DNA of 64,000 bases from Selaginella moellendorffii (Eukaryota; Plantae; Lycopodiophyta). Both the position numbers and the translations under genes were made by a program. Under the pieces are notes generated by a model. It did no database searches. It had not been told where the DNA came from and saw nothing but the letters and a program-made list of their open reading frames with translations. The stretch is from assembly GCF_000143415.4 (NCBI RefSeq), contig NW_003314261.1, positions 1,502,117-1,566,116 of the forward strand, given 5' to 3'. Below, one piece after another: positions 24,963-37,159 of the stretch. Numbering within the stretch: the first letter of the stretch is position 1; each line of letters starts with the position of its first letter.

Positions 24963-25356
24963 TATGGAAATAATGCTTTAATTTGGAAATTCGAAGCGTC
25001 GAAGATGATGCACGATCCGATAGACCAACAGCCCTAGAAACCTGCCAATGCGACTTAGAAACTTCATCCTTTCGTCTGGATCGAGCCTGCAATCAGGAAA
25101 GCTGATCACGCTATCGCTCGCTGTTTAGAACTTGAAGAAAAGCCAGAAGGAAAAAGCAGCGTTAGCAGGAGAGATCAGCATGGCAGCCGGGGGCGGCGAT
25201 CTTATACGGCACTCGCTCCTCCCGTCGTTTTCCAACCGCCTCATCCGACGCATGCACGCGCTTACCGATTTATATTCCACGGCTTACATCAAGCAACGCT
25301 GTGCTTTCCTGGAGAAAAACAAGGCCTTCACAAAACCAGAAAAAGATCTTGTCTCC

Positions 25357-27290
25357 CAAAGTTATGCCTGGCGTGTGCCATCCAGCCGAAATGCTTCACG
25401 TCAGCTCACCATCTAGGACGCGGCAGCTAGAAGGTGTCTACTTCTCGACCTCCATGAGTGTTGATTTAGTTCCTGCCAGAAGGTGTTAAAACGATACAAG
25501 CTCGAGAGAAGGGCCCAACCAGGATTGATTTTTCATGCGTCTCGATTCGCCGTGCTACTTCCAGGCACACAGGAGAACCTTGAAGTGGTTTTTGACCCCT
25601 GAGAAGCACAAACAATGTGTCTCTTCAAAGAAAAAGGAATGTGTTTTACAGCGTGTTTCCGCCGAGTTGATCTTCAATTATCGTGTTCATTTCCGGGAAT
25701 TGCGTCAATAGATCAGTCTGCGGTTTGTGAAAAGTGATTCAGCACCACACCTCTTAGCACGCTCATTACCTACCTCGTCATACGGATTTTCAGTGAAGGC
25801 ACAGTGAAGCCATAATCAAGTGCAAGCTCTGCGTTTGAAAGATCACCATAGTTTATCCAAATCTGCGAAGCCGAATGAAACATGAAAACAAAACAAAGAC
25901 CACTGCCTCTACCTGATCGTTTTCAGCATAGTCTCTGTCCGCTGTAACCTGCTTGTGGTACGGAAAAGAAAAAGAAAGAACTTCAGGCGTATCTTACAAC
26001 TGCGTAGTTGAGAAGCCCGTTAAATGAGAGCTTCGCAAAGCTGGTTGCGTTGTGGTTGAAAAAATCGAGCATTGGTATCTGCTAACGCCGCGTTATAATA
26101 ATGTACACAAGGACGTAAACAGAAATAAAGGGAGACATAGCATTACTAATGTTGTCGAGTCCTCTCCAATGGCTAGTGAACGAGAAAAAACTGCAGCAAA
26201 GGCAGGACGAACAAAACTAGCAAGAAACAAGCTTGCTTCCTGTACCTGTGGCGTATACATGCTTCAAGTCTTCAAGAGACACCTTACCGAATAGTTGAGG
26301 CCAAACATCAAGTGCCTGCTCCAGTACACAGGTACAAAAGTCCTTCAAGCATCAAAGTAAAAAATTTCCTCCTTGAATAAAACCATTCGGAAAAGAAAAA
26401 AAACAGTAAGAAAACTAAGTGAATGAAAGCTTGCAAAATAGAAAACTACCCGAAGTACTTACGTTTTGCACTTGGCCAAACTCAGTTGTTATCATTTCCA
26501 GCCGCTCACGAGCCTTGCCGTATAAAGGGCTCGCCCTCAAGTAACTTAGCTCGGTGTCCTCCCAACGAAACTACGCACTTGAAAACTTTGAGAAACAAAA
26601 ACTCGATAGTCCAGTACCGTGTTGTCGAGCTCCGCTGGTTGAGGAAGACACGAGATGTATGGTGCCCATACTGACGAGAAAGATTTAGCAAAGCGAAGAC
26701 GAAAATGTTGAGAGTAAACTTGCCTGGCCTTTGTAGCGTTCCATGAGGACAATAAGAGCAAGTTTGGTCCACGGCTTAACAGTGCTGGGCAAAACCGTGC
26801 TGAGCTGGTCAGGAAGATCGCTAGGAGCTATCATCTGGACGTAAACAAGAACCAACATTATCCCCTGCGCCATAGACTCATCAATGAATCAAAAGGAAAA
26901 AACTAAAAACCGATACTCGACCTGCCCGCCAGATTCTCGCGAAGTCCCAATGCGCACCGCCGATGGATCGCCATCATCGTTCCGGCTCGCGAGCCACGAC
27001 ATAAAACCTGCGTAGCCATTGCTCAGCTTCCGCTGCGCCTGGTTCTGGAATAATCACGCCCAGAACTCGCGAAAGCGATCGATCCACAGTCGATCTGTCA
27101 GCGTACCTGAAGCGCCCAACAGCTCCTCGAGATCGATCCAGCCGCGCCGGGAAGAAGAAGAATCCTGGGCGGCCTACATTTCTCCTCTCCAAAACCAAAA
27201 CATATGTATTGCCACGTCATGGGAAAGCGTCGCTGATGTGGCAGATTCTCGTGCTTGCCACGTATTGAGTGCCTGCCACGTGGCAATCGT
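25357..27290 (-). pseudogene. Inverted full-length copy of the SET gene including its G-box promoter, copy 1
   Basis: Reverse complement of ~15970-18023 with introns retained; ATG followed directly by TAG; the GLFASRP (motif I) exon is deleted. Confidence 0.9.
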
Positions 27291-27299
27291 ATGAGCTAC

Positions 27300-27545
27300 A
27301 AACCCCGTGATTAGCTCCACAACAAACACCCAACACTTCTACCGGAGTTTTGTCATGAAGAGCCTGTGGAAATTGTACCGGAACTGGATCTAGTTGCTCA
27401 TCCTTAAGTCCAGGAATTCCGAGCTGGTAGTCGCGATTCTTTCCCCACGTATATAGTTCCCCACACTCTGAAAGCATATGAGCATTTCTTAAGGCTACTA
27501 ACAAGTGATTGCTGCTGTCCAAGCTGGTCGACAAGCAATGTAAGG
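27300..27545 (-). pseudogene. Inverted fragment of the RCC1/RUG3 3' exons
   Basis: ELYTWGKNRDYQLGIPGLKDEQLDPV...CGANHGVC, reverse complement of ~22020-22278. Recurs at ~34657-34905, ~42015-42262 and ~45951-46192. Confidence 0.88.
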
Positions 27546-27787
27546 AAACTGGGGAAAAAAAACCGCGACGCAGCAAGCTTCCGAGATGAGTTGATGTTGA
27601 ACCATATGGTGTCGTTCTTGCCAAAGTCGGACCTCCTCACCACCTGTGAGTGGGCAAGAACGTACTTGTGTGGCTGCTGCTCTCGGCCGGAGAGTCAATC
27701 TCGATGTTACTGAGCCGCATCCACAACACAGAGCGCAGAGTCTTTGTGTCGAGCAGCATCAAAGTGTTGGGGACGTGACTGCACAGC

Positions 27788-28121
27788 ACCAGTTTCGTAC
27801 AAATGGACGGTTTCCCGACTTTCACTCCACCCAGAGACAAGGTTTGCATTTACAAAGATGGAGATCACAAAAGTACCACTTTTGTTCATGCATTTGTCTC
27901 TTTTTACTTTGGCAGATTCACAGTCATGTATCTCTCCAGGAGGAGCTAGCTTGCTCAAGTCGGTCGATGATCCCAGAACGCTCAACAAGGCTCTTTACGC
28001 TCGCTCGAATGACCGGGAGCACGCTTGAAAAGAGGTGGATGAGCGAGGATGGATTCTTCTACACATCAATGGTGAGAGTTTTCATTTGTGAGGTCTACTG
28101 ATGGGATTGCTTGGTTTTGCA
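27788..28121 (+). pseudogene. Internally deleted IFR-like gene fragment
   Basis: Matches 23094-23492 with deletions and frameshifts. Recurs at ~35147-35480, ~42505-42838 and ~46434-46768. Confidence 0.88.
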
Positions 28122-28288
28122 ATCCCGTCAGTAGACTGGGCTAAGTATTAATTACCAAGGAAGCAGTGTAAACAAGCTTAATGTTGTTACTTTAATGCTT
28201 AAGTAGACTAATATTTAGAAAGTTTTAATCTTCATTTTACAAACAAAATTTGGCTAATGGGTTTTTTTTTTTTTTTTTGCTATTTTTT

Positions 28289-28876
28289 TCAGTAAATTGC
28301 AAATTGTTGAAGGCATGAATAGCTTTGCTGTTGACCATATTGTGACTCAACTACAGTGTTAATAAACTGTGATTGTCCTGGAAGTAAATGTGCACCAATC
28401 TTAGCTAACTCATCCGCAACCTGATTTCCAACGATGTCATAGTGCCCCTTCACCTTACAAAAATGAACTGGAACAAATGATGTTCCTGCAAGCCAAACAA
28501 TCGTCTGGATGATATCTGCATTTGGGTGGTGACCCAGGGCTATTGGATCTTGCACATACATCTCCAGCAGCGTCAAGGAGTCATAACTGTCGGTGTATAC
28601 AAAGACTGGCTCCCACAATCCCCAGTGCCATTCCATCTCCAAACAAATTTCAAGGGCTCGCATCAAACCCAACAGCTCAAACGTGATAGTGGAGGAACTT
28701 GTATGTAAGTTGTCGTTTGCCCTTCTTCCACAAGCGAGTCGCATAGAAACTCTCGAGATAAACACTCCATAACCTCCGAAAACTCTGCGCTTGAAAGATC
28801 CATCAGTAAAAGCTTGTAATCCATGATCGCTAGCTACCATTTCCCACGTACGCATGACCTTGTCCACCTCAAACAT
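28289..28876 (-). CDS. RNase HI-like protein, copy 2 (195 aa)
   Basis: Open ORF, catalytic residues intact, in-frame 3-nt insertion (TSSS). Confidence 0.85.
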   Translation of the reverse strand: MFEVDKVMRTWEMVASDHGLQAFTDGSFKRRVFGGYGVFISRVSMRLACGRRANDNLHTSSSTITFELLGLMRALEICLEMEWHWGLWEPVFVYTDSYDSLTLLEMYVQDPIALGHHPNADIIQTIVWLAGTSFVPVHFCKVKGHYDIVGNQVADELAKIGAHLLPGQSQFINTVVESQYGQQQSYSCLQQFAIY

Positions 28877-29440
28877 ATTTCACTTGCTCGCCTTTAATGC
28901 TCTCTTCCTGTTCTGAAAAGTATACCTAACCCAAAAAGGCAATCGCATTTTATATAAGCTATGGAAATAATGTTTTAATTTGGAAATTCGAAGTGTCCCT
29001 GAGGACGAAGATGATGCACGATCCGATAGACCAACAGCTCTAGAAACCTGCCAATGCGACTTAGAAACTTCATCCTTTCGTCTGGATCGAGCCTGCAATC
29101 AGGAAAGCTGATCACACTATCGCTTGCTGTTTAGAACTTGAAGAAAAGCCAGAAGGAAAAAAGCAGCGTTAGCAGGAGAGATCAGCATGGCAGCCGGGGG
29201 CGGCGATCTTATATGGCAGTCGCTCCTCCTGTCGTTTTCCAACCGCCTCATCCGACGCATGCACGCGCTTACCGATTTATATTCCACGGCTTACACCAAG
29301 CAACGCTGTGCTTTCCTGGAGAAAAACAAGGCCTTCACAAAACCAGAAAAAGATCTTGTCTCCCAAAGTTATGCCTGGCGTGTGCCATCCAGCCGAAATG
29401 CTTCACGCTCTTTAAAACTCTCAGCTCACCATCTAGGACG

Positions 29441-29697
29441 CGTTTTCTTTTTTTCTTGCAAGAAATGCTCATATGCTTTCAGAGAATGGGGATCTATATA
29501 CGTGGGGAAAGAATCGCGACTACCAGCTCGGAATTCCTGGACTTAAGGATGAGCAACTAGATCCCGTTTTGGTACAATTTCCACAGGCTCTTCATGAGAA
29601 AACTCCGGTAGAAGTGTTGGGTGTTTCTTGTGGAGCTAATCACGGGGTTTGTATTGTTTCGAGACCCAAACCAGCTCAGGTAACACAGAGCTTGTAA
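29441..29697 (+). pseudogene. Duplicated last exon of the RCC1/RUG3 gene (start of A unit 2; again at 36786-37042)
   Basis: Near-identical to 22068-22324, lacking upstream exons. Confidence 0.9.
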
Positions 29698-29814
29698 CAT
29701 TGGAATTCGTAAACAAAGACGCGATGGTAAGGTGATAATCCTGGATGTCAGCTCCACTATGAAGAAGGCTTACACTGTGATGATTCTTCCATTTGGTTTT
29801 GATTTTGAGTGAGT

Positions 29815-31037
29815 ATGGAGCCCAAGAGCAGGATTCTGATCGTTGGAGCTACGGGATACATCGGCAAGTACATCGCTACTGCTAGTATTCAATCGGGTCA
29901 TCCAACTAGTATACTAGTTCGTCCACAGGTACTTTCAAGCTATCTATATTTCTTCTTTGATCTCTGGGGTGAGTTTCAGGTGTCAAAACATGTTGATAAA
30001 GTCCGGTTCCTGGTTGGGCTAAGAAAAGCCGGAGCAACGATTTACACCGTACTAGCTATCATCAGTTACTTGGTGTTGGTTCACTTACATTTCTGCTTTT
30101 TGGAAACCAGTGCTTTCTGGAAGACCGAGAGGATCTTGTGCGAATATTACAGCAAGTCGATGTTGTGATCTGCGCTCTTGGGGAAGATCAACTAAAGCTC
30201 CAGTACGATCTCATCAGAGCCGTGAAAGAAGCTGGAAACATCAAGGTGAAGTTTACGGTTTTCAAGTGAATCCCGACTTACACAGTTGTCTTCTCCAGAA
30301 GTTCTACCCCTCCGAGTTTGGGATGGACGCGGATAGGATCTGCAAGGACCAGTCCATTCCCGAGAGCCCCATGTATAGGGACAAGGTAGCTATCCGGAGA
30401 GCCATCGAAGCAGCAGGAATTCCTCATACGTTTTTCATGGCGAACTGTATCATGGGGCTCATGCTCGCCAGTTTCGTACAAATGGACGGTTTCCCGACTT
30501 TCACTCCACCCAGAGACAAGGTTTGCATTTACAAAGATGGAGATCACAAAGGTACCAGTTTTGTTGTTTCTAGATCATGCATTTGTCTCTTTTTACTTTG
30601 GCGGATTCACAGTCATGTATATCTCCGAGGAGGACCTCGCAACTTACTTGCTCAAGTCGGTCGATGATCCCAGAACACTCAACAAGGCTCTTTACGTTCG
30701 CCCTCCCGGAAACGCCTTGACAATGAACGAGCAAGTAGCATTGTGGGAAGAAATGACCGGCAGCACCCTTGAAAAGAGGTGGATGAGTGAGGAGGAGGTT
30801 CTTCTACACATCAACGGTGAGAGCTTTCATTTGCGAGGTCTACTGACGGGATTGTTTGGTTTTGCAGATGCTCAAACTCCATTGCAGCTCAGAGAGGTGT
30901 GGACGCGCATCTATCACGTTTTTTACAATGGAGCTATGTGCTTCGAGTTGGCTCCGGATGATATTGAAGCCACTGCTTTGTATCCTGAGGTAGAGTATAC
31001 TTCTCCACAAGTATATCTCAAGCCTTATGTGTGCTGA
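29815..31037 (+). CDS. Isoflavone reductase-like PIP reductase, copy 2
   Basis: Near-identical to copy 1; splice sites intact. Confidence 0.9.
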
Positions 31038-31668
31038 TTCCTTGATCAACATCCTTGATCAACACGGAGCTTCAACAATGAATACTAACTTGCTCCACGT
31101 ATCAAGCAGAAACGTGCACGGCAATCTTGAAAATGTTCTGGAGGCAAACTCCATAAGTTCAATAATGTTAGTTTTCTTCTCTCAGGAATCCAAAGTGTTT
31201 GGTTACGAAGATCTTATTCACATTTTCACACTTGTTCCTGCACAACCAGCTAGAGGTCTCTTTTGTCACTAAAGTAGTGAGTGAAGGAGGTGTCATTGAG
31301 CAACTTTTCCTTGAGAGTTTTAGGCAGCAAGATGTGTACGTCGACACTGCTGCTTTGATCGATTGATCTGAGCTGGAAAAAGTGCTACAAACGATGGCAG
31401 ACAAGAGAATGCAAGACTGAGCTAATGCACCACCCCGCCACCCAAAATCATTGCCTGGAAACCTCCACAGAGCTGTGCTATAATGCATTGATGCCAGCAT
31501 TGCCCCAGGAAAGTCCAGCTACGTAGAGCTTGTGGTCTAAAATTTAAAAAGCTAAGCATTACTTACCACCAAGGAAGCAATGCTCAAGAAAATTAGCATT
31601 TAGAAAGTTTTAATCTTCATTTTACAAACAAAATTTGGCTAATGGTTTTTTTTTTTGCTTTTTGTTTT

Positions 31669-32253
31669 TCAGTAAATCACAAATTGTTGAGGGCGTGAAT
31701 AGCTTTGCTGCTGACCATATTGTGACTCAACTACAGTGTTAATAAACTGTGATTGTCCTGGAAGTAAATGTGCACCAATCTTAGCTAACTCATCTGCAAC
31801 CTGATTTCCAGCGATGTCGTAATGCCCCTTCACCTTACAAAAATGAACTGGAACAAGTGATGTTCCTGCAAGCCAAACTATCGTCTGGATGATATCTGCA
31901 TTTGGGTGGCGACCCAGGGCTATTGGATCTTGCACATACATCTCCAGCAGTGTCAAGGAGTCATAACTGTCGGTGTATACAAAGACTGGCTCCCACAATC
32001 CCCAGCGCCATTCCATCTCTAAACAGATTTCGAGGGCTCGCATCAAACCCAACAGCTCAAACGTGATAGTGGAGCTTGTATGTAAGTTGTCGTTTGCCCT
32101 TCTTCCACAAGCGAGTCGCATGGAAACTCTCGGGATAAACACTCCATAACCTCCGAAAACCCCGCGTTTGAAGGATCCGTCAGTAAAAGCCTGCAATCCA
32201 TGATCGCTGGCTACCATTTCTTGAGTACGCACGACCTTGTCCACCTCAAACAT
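31669..32253 (-). CDS. RNase HI-like protein, copy 3
   Basis: Open 194-aa ORF, catalytic residues intact. Confidence 0.85.
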   Translation of the reverse strand: MFEVDKVVRTQEMVASDHGLQAFTDGSFKRGVFGGYGVFIPRVSMRLACGRRANDNLHTSSTITFELLGLMRALEICLEMEWRWGLWEPVFVYTDSYDSLTLLEMYVQDPIALGRHPNADIIQTIVWLAGTSLVPVHFCKVKGHYDIAGNQVADELAKIGAHLLPGQSQFINTVVESQYGQQQSYSRPQQFVIY

Positions 32254-32738
32254 ATTTCACTTGCTTGCCTTTAATGCTCTCTTCCTGTTCTGGAAAGTAT
32301 ACCTAACCCAAAAAGGCAATCGCATTTTATATAAGCTATGGAAATAATGCTTTAATTTGGAAATTCGAAGCGTCCCTGAGGACGAAGATGATGCACGTTC
32401 CGATAGACCAACAGCCCTAGAAACCTGCCAATACGACTTAGAAACTTCAACCTTTCGTCTGGATCGAGCCTGCAATCAGGAAAGCTGGTCACGCTATCGC
32501 TCGCTGTTTAGAACTTGAAGAAAAGCCAGAAGGAAAAAGCAGCGTTAGCAGGAGAGATCAGCATGGCAGCCGGGGGCGGCGATCTTATACGGCAGTTGCT
32601 CCTCCCGTCGTTTTCCAACCGCCTCATCCGACGCATGCACGCGCTTACCGATTTATATTCCACGGCTTACACCAAGCAACGCTGTGCTTTCCTGGAGAAA
32701 AACAAGGCCTTCACAAAACCAGAAAAAGATCTTGTCTC

Positions 32739-34648
32739 CCAAAGTTATGCCTGGCATGTGCCATTCAGCCGAAATGCTTCACGCTCTTTAAAACTCTCAG
32801 CTCACCATCTAGGACGCGGCAGCTAGAAGTTGTCTACTTCTCGACCTCCATGAGTGTTGATTTAGTTCCTGCCAGACGGTGTTAGGGCCCAACCAGGATT
32901 GATTTTTCATGCGTCTCGATTCGCCGTGCTACTTCCAGGCACACAGGAGAACCTTGAAGTGGTTTTTGACCCCTGAGAAGCACAAACAATGTGTCTCTTC
33001 AAAGAAAAAGGAATGTGTTTTACAGCGTGTTTCCGCCAAGTTGATCTTTAATTATCGTGTTCATTTCCGGGAATTGCGTCAATAGCTCAGTCTGCGGTTT
33101 GTGAAAAGTGATTCAGCACCACACCTCTTAGCACGCTCATTACCTCGTCATACGGATTTTCAGGCACAGTGAAGCCATAATCAAGTGCAAGCTCTGCGTT
33201 TGAAAGATCACCATAGTTTATCCAAATCTGCGAAGCCGAATGAAACATGAAAACAAAACAAAGACCACTGCCTCTACCTGATCGTTTTCAGCATAGTCTC
33301 TGTCCGCTGTAACCTGCTTGTGGTACGGAAAGGAAAAAGAAAGAACTTCAGGCGTATCTTACAACTGCGTAGTTGAGAAGCCCGTTAAATGAGAGCTTCG
33401 CAAAGCTGGTTGCGTTGTGGTTGAAAAAATCGAGCATTGGTATCTGCTAACGCCGCGTTATAATGTACACAAGGACGTAAACAGAATTAAAGGGAGACAT
33501 ACCATTACTAATGTCGAGTCCTCTCCAATGGCTAGTGAACGAGAAAAAACTGCAGCAAAGGAAGGACGAACAAAACTAGCAAGAAACAAGCTTGCTTCCT
33601 GTACCTGTGGCGTATACATGCTTCAAGTCTTCAAGAGACACTTTACCGAATAGTTGAGGCCAAACATCAAGTGCCTGCTCCAGTACACAGGTACAAAAAT
33701 CCTTCAAGCATCAAAGTAAAAAATTTCCCCCTTGAATAAAACCATTCGGAAAAGAAAAAAACAGTAAAAAAACTAAGTGAATGAAAGCTTGCAAAATAGA
33801 AAACTACCCGAAGTACTTACGTTTTGCACTTGGCCAAACTCAGTTGTTATCATTTCCAGCCGCTCACGAGCCTTGCCGTATAAAGGGCTCGCCCTCAAGT
33901 AACTTAGCTCGGTGTCCTCCCAACGAAACTACGCACTTGAAAACTTTGAGAAACAAAAACTCGATAGTCCAGTACCCGTGTTGTCGAGCTCCGCTGGTTG
34001 AGGAAGACACGAGATGTATGGTGCCCATACTGACGAGAAAGATTTAGCAAAGCGAAGACGAAAATGTTGAGAGTAAACTTGCCTGGCCTTTGTAGCGTTC
34101 CATGAGGACAATAAGAGCAAGTTTGGTCCACGGCTTAACAGTGCTGGGCAAAACCGTGCTGAGCTGGTCAGGAAGATCACTAGGAGCTATCATCTGGACG
34201 TAAACAAGAACCAACATTATCCCCTGCGCCATAGACTCATCAATGAATCAAAAGGAAAAAACTAAAAACCGATACTCGACCTGCCCGCCAGATTCTCGCG
34301 AAGTCCCAATGCGCACCGCCGATGGATCGCCATCATCGTTCCGGCTCGCGAGCCACGACATAAAACCTGCGTAGCAATTGCTCAGCTTCCGCTGCGCCTG
34401 GTTCTGGAATAATCAAGCCCAGAACTCGCGAAAACGATCGATCGACAGTCGATCTGTCAGCGTACCTGAAGCGCCCAACAGCTCCTCGAGATCGATCCAG
34501 CCGCGCCGGGAAGAAGAAGAATCCTGGGCGGCCCACATTTCTCCTCTCCAAAACCAAAACATATGTATTGCCACGTCATGGGAAAGCGTCGCTGATGTGG
34601 CAGATTCTCGTGCTGCCACGTATTGAGTGCCTGCCACGTGGCAGTTGT
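32739..34648 (-). pseudogene. Inverted SET pseudogene, copy 2
   Basis: As copy 1; frameshifting deletion after ATG TGG; motif I exon deleted. Confidence 0.9.
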
Positions 34649-35637
34649 ATGCGCTACAAACCCCGTGATTAGCTCCACAAGAAACACCCAACACTTCTAC
34701 CGGAGTTTTGTCATGAAGAGCCTGTGGAAATTGTACCGGAACTGGATCTAGTTGCTCATCCTTAAGTCCAGGAATTCCGAGCTGGTAGTCGCGATTCTTT
34801 CCCCACGTATATAGTTCCCCACACTCTGAAAGCATATGAGCATTTCTTAAGGGTACTAACAAGTGATTGCTGCTGTCCAAGCTGGTCCACAAGCAATGTA
34901 AGGAAACTGGGGAAAAAAAACCGGGACACAGCACGCTTCCGAGATGAGTTGACGTTGAACCATATGGTGTCGTTCTTGCCAAAGTCGGACCTCCTCACCA
35001 CCTGTGAGTGGGCAAGAACGTACTTGTGTGGCTGCTGCTCTTGGCCGGAGAGTCGATCTCGATGTTACTGAGCCGCATCCACAACACAGAGCGCAGAGTC
35101 TTTGTGTTGAGCAGCATCAAAGTGTTGGGGACGTGACTGCACAGCACCAGTTTCGTACAAATGGACGGTTTCCTGACTTTCACTCCACCCAGAGACAAGG
35201 TTTGCATTTACAAAGATGGAGATCACAAAAGTACCACTTTTGTTCATGCATTTGTCTCTTTTTACTTTGGCAGATTCACAGTCATGTATCTCTCCAGGAG
35301 GAGCTAGCTTGCTCAAGTGGGTCGATGATCCCAGAACGCTCAACAAGGCTCTTTACGCTCGCTCGAAATGACCGGGAGCACACTTGAAAAGAGGTGGATG
35401 AGCGAGGATGGATTTTTCCACACATCAATGGTGAGAGTTTTCATTTGTGAGGTCTACTGATGGGATTGCTTGGTTTTGCAATCCCGTCAGTAGACTGGGC
35501 TAAGCATTAATTACCACCAAGGAACAAGCTTAATGTTGTTACTTTAATGCTTAAGTAGATTAATATTTAGAAAGTTTTAATCTTCATTTTACAAACAAAA
35601 TTTGGCTAATGGGTTTTTTTTTTTTTTGCTATTTTTT

Positions 35638-36222
35638 TCAGTAAATCGCAAATTGTTGAGGGCGTGAATAGCTTTGCTGTTGACCATATTGTGACTCAAC
35701 TACAGTGTTAATAAACTGTGATTGTCCTGGAAGTAAATGTGCACCAATCTTAGCTAACTCATCTGCAACCTGATTTCCAGCAATGTCGTAGTGCCCCTTC
35801 ACCTTACAAAAATGAACTGGAACAAATGATGTTCCTGCAAGCCAAACTATCGTCTGGATGATATTTGCATTTGGGTGGCGACCCAGGGCTATTGGATCTT
35901 GCACATACATCTCCAGCAGCATCAAGGAGTCATAACTGTCAGTGTATACAAAGACTGGCTCCCACAATCCCCAGTGCCATTCCATCTCCAAACAGATTTC
36001 AAGTGCTCGCATCAAACCTAACAGCTCAAACGTGATAGTGGAGCTTGTATGTAAGTTGTCGTTTGCCCTTCTTCCACAAGCGAGTCGCATGGAAACTCTC
36101 GGGATAAACACTCCATAACCTCCGAAAACTCCGCGCTTGAAAGATCCGTCAGTAAAAGCTTGCAATCCATGATCGCTAGCTACCATTTCCCGCGTACGCA
36201 CGACTTTGTCCACCTCAAACAT
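35638..36222 (-). CDS. RNase HI-like protein, copy 4
   Basis: Open 194-aa ORF, catalytic residues intact. Confidence 0.85.
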   Translation of the reverse strand: MFEVDKVVRTREMVASDHGLQAFTDGSFKRGVFGGYGVFIPRVSMRLACGRRANDNLHTSSTITFELLGLMRALEICLEMEWHWGLWEPVFVYTDSYDSLMLLEMYVQDPIALGRHPNANIIQTIVWLAGTSFVPVHFCKVKGHYDIAGNQVADELAKIGAHLLPGQSQFINTVVESQYGQQQSYSRPQQFAIY

Positions 36223-37159
36223 ATTTCACTTGCTCGCCTTTAATGCTCTCTTCCTGTTCTGGAAAGTATACCTGACCCAAAAAGGCAATGGCATTTTATA
36301 TAAGCTATGGAAATAATGCTTTAATTTGGAAATTCGAAGCGTCCCTGAGGACGAAGATGATGCACGATCCGATAGACCAACAGCTCTAGAAACCTACCAA
36401 TATGACTTAGAAACTTCATCCTTTCGTCTGGATCGAGCCTGCAATCAGGAAAGCTGATCACGCTATCGCTCGCTGTTTAGAACTTGAAGAAAAGCCAGAA
36501 GGAAAAAGCAGCGTTAGCAGGAGAGATCAGCATGGGAGCCGGGGGTGGCAATCTTATACGGCAGTCGCTCCTCCCGTCGTTTTCCAACCACCTCATCCGA
36601 CGCATGCACGCGCTTACCGATTTATATTCCACGCCTTACATCAAGCAACGCTGTGCTTTCCTGGAGAAAAACAAGGCCTTCACAAAACCAGAAAAAGATC
36701 TTGTCTCCCAAAGTTATGCCTGGCGTGTGCCATCCAGCCGAAATGCTTCACGCTCTTTAAAACTCTCAGCTCACCATCTAGGACGCGTTTTCTTTTTTTC
36801 TTGCAAGAAATGCTCATATGCTTTCAGAGAATGGGGATCTATATACGTGGGGAAAGAATCGCGACTACCAGCTCGGAATTCCTGGACTTAAGGATGAGCA
36901 ACTAGATCCCGTTTTGGTACAATTTCCACAGGCTCTTCATGAGAAAACTCCAGTAGAAGTGTTGGGTGTTTCTTGTGGAGCTAATCACGGGGTTTGTATT
37001 GTTTCGAGACCCAAACCAGCTCAGGTAACACAGAGCTTGTAACATTGGAATTCGTAAACAAAGACGCGATGGTAAGGTGATAATCCTGGATGTCAGCTCC
37101 ACTATGAAGAAGGCTTACACTGTGATGATTCTTCCATTTGGTTTTGATTTTGAGTGAGT

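Noticed and set aside
24883-25092. 69-72 aa ORF in frame with and just upstream of RNase H (TGA AAT ATG), suggesting readthrough or a longer protein
   Set aside because: It has no ATG start and contains the likely TATA box, and the equivalent ORF is disrupted or absent in copies 4-6. More likely promoter/UTR.
24175-25356. RNase H module as a TIR transposon or Helitron
   Set aside because: No convincing terminal inverted repeats, TSDs or Helitron 3' hairpin-CTAG found by eye; most passengers are local genes, which favours rearrangement plus unequal crossing-over.
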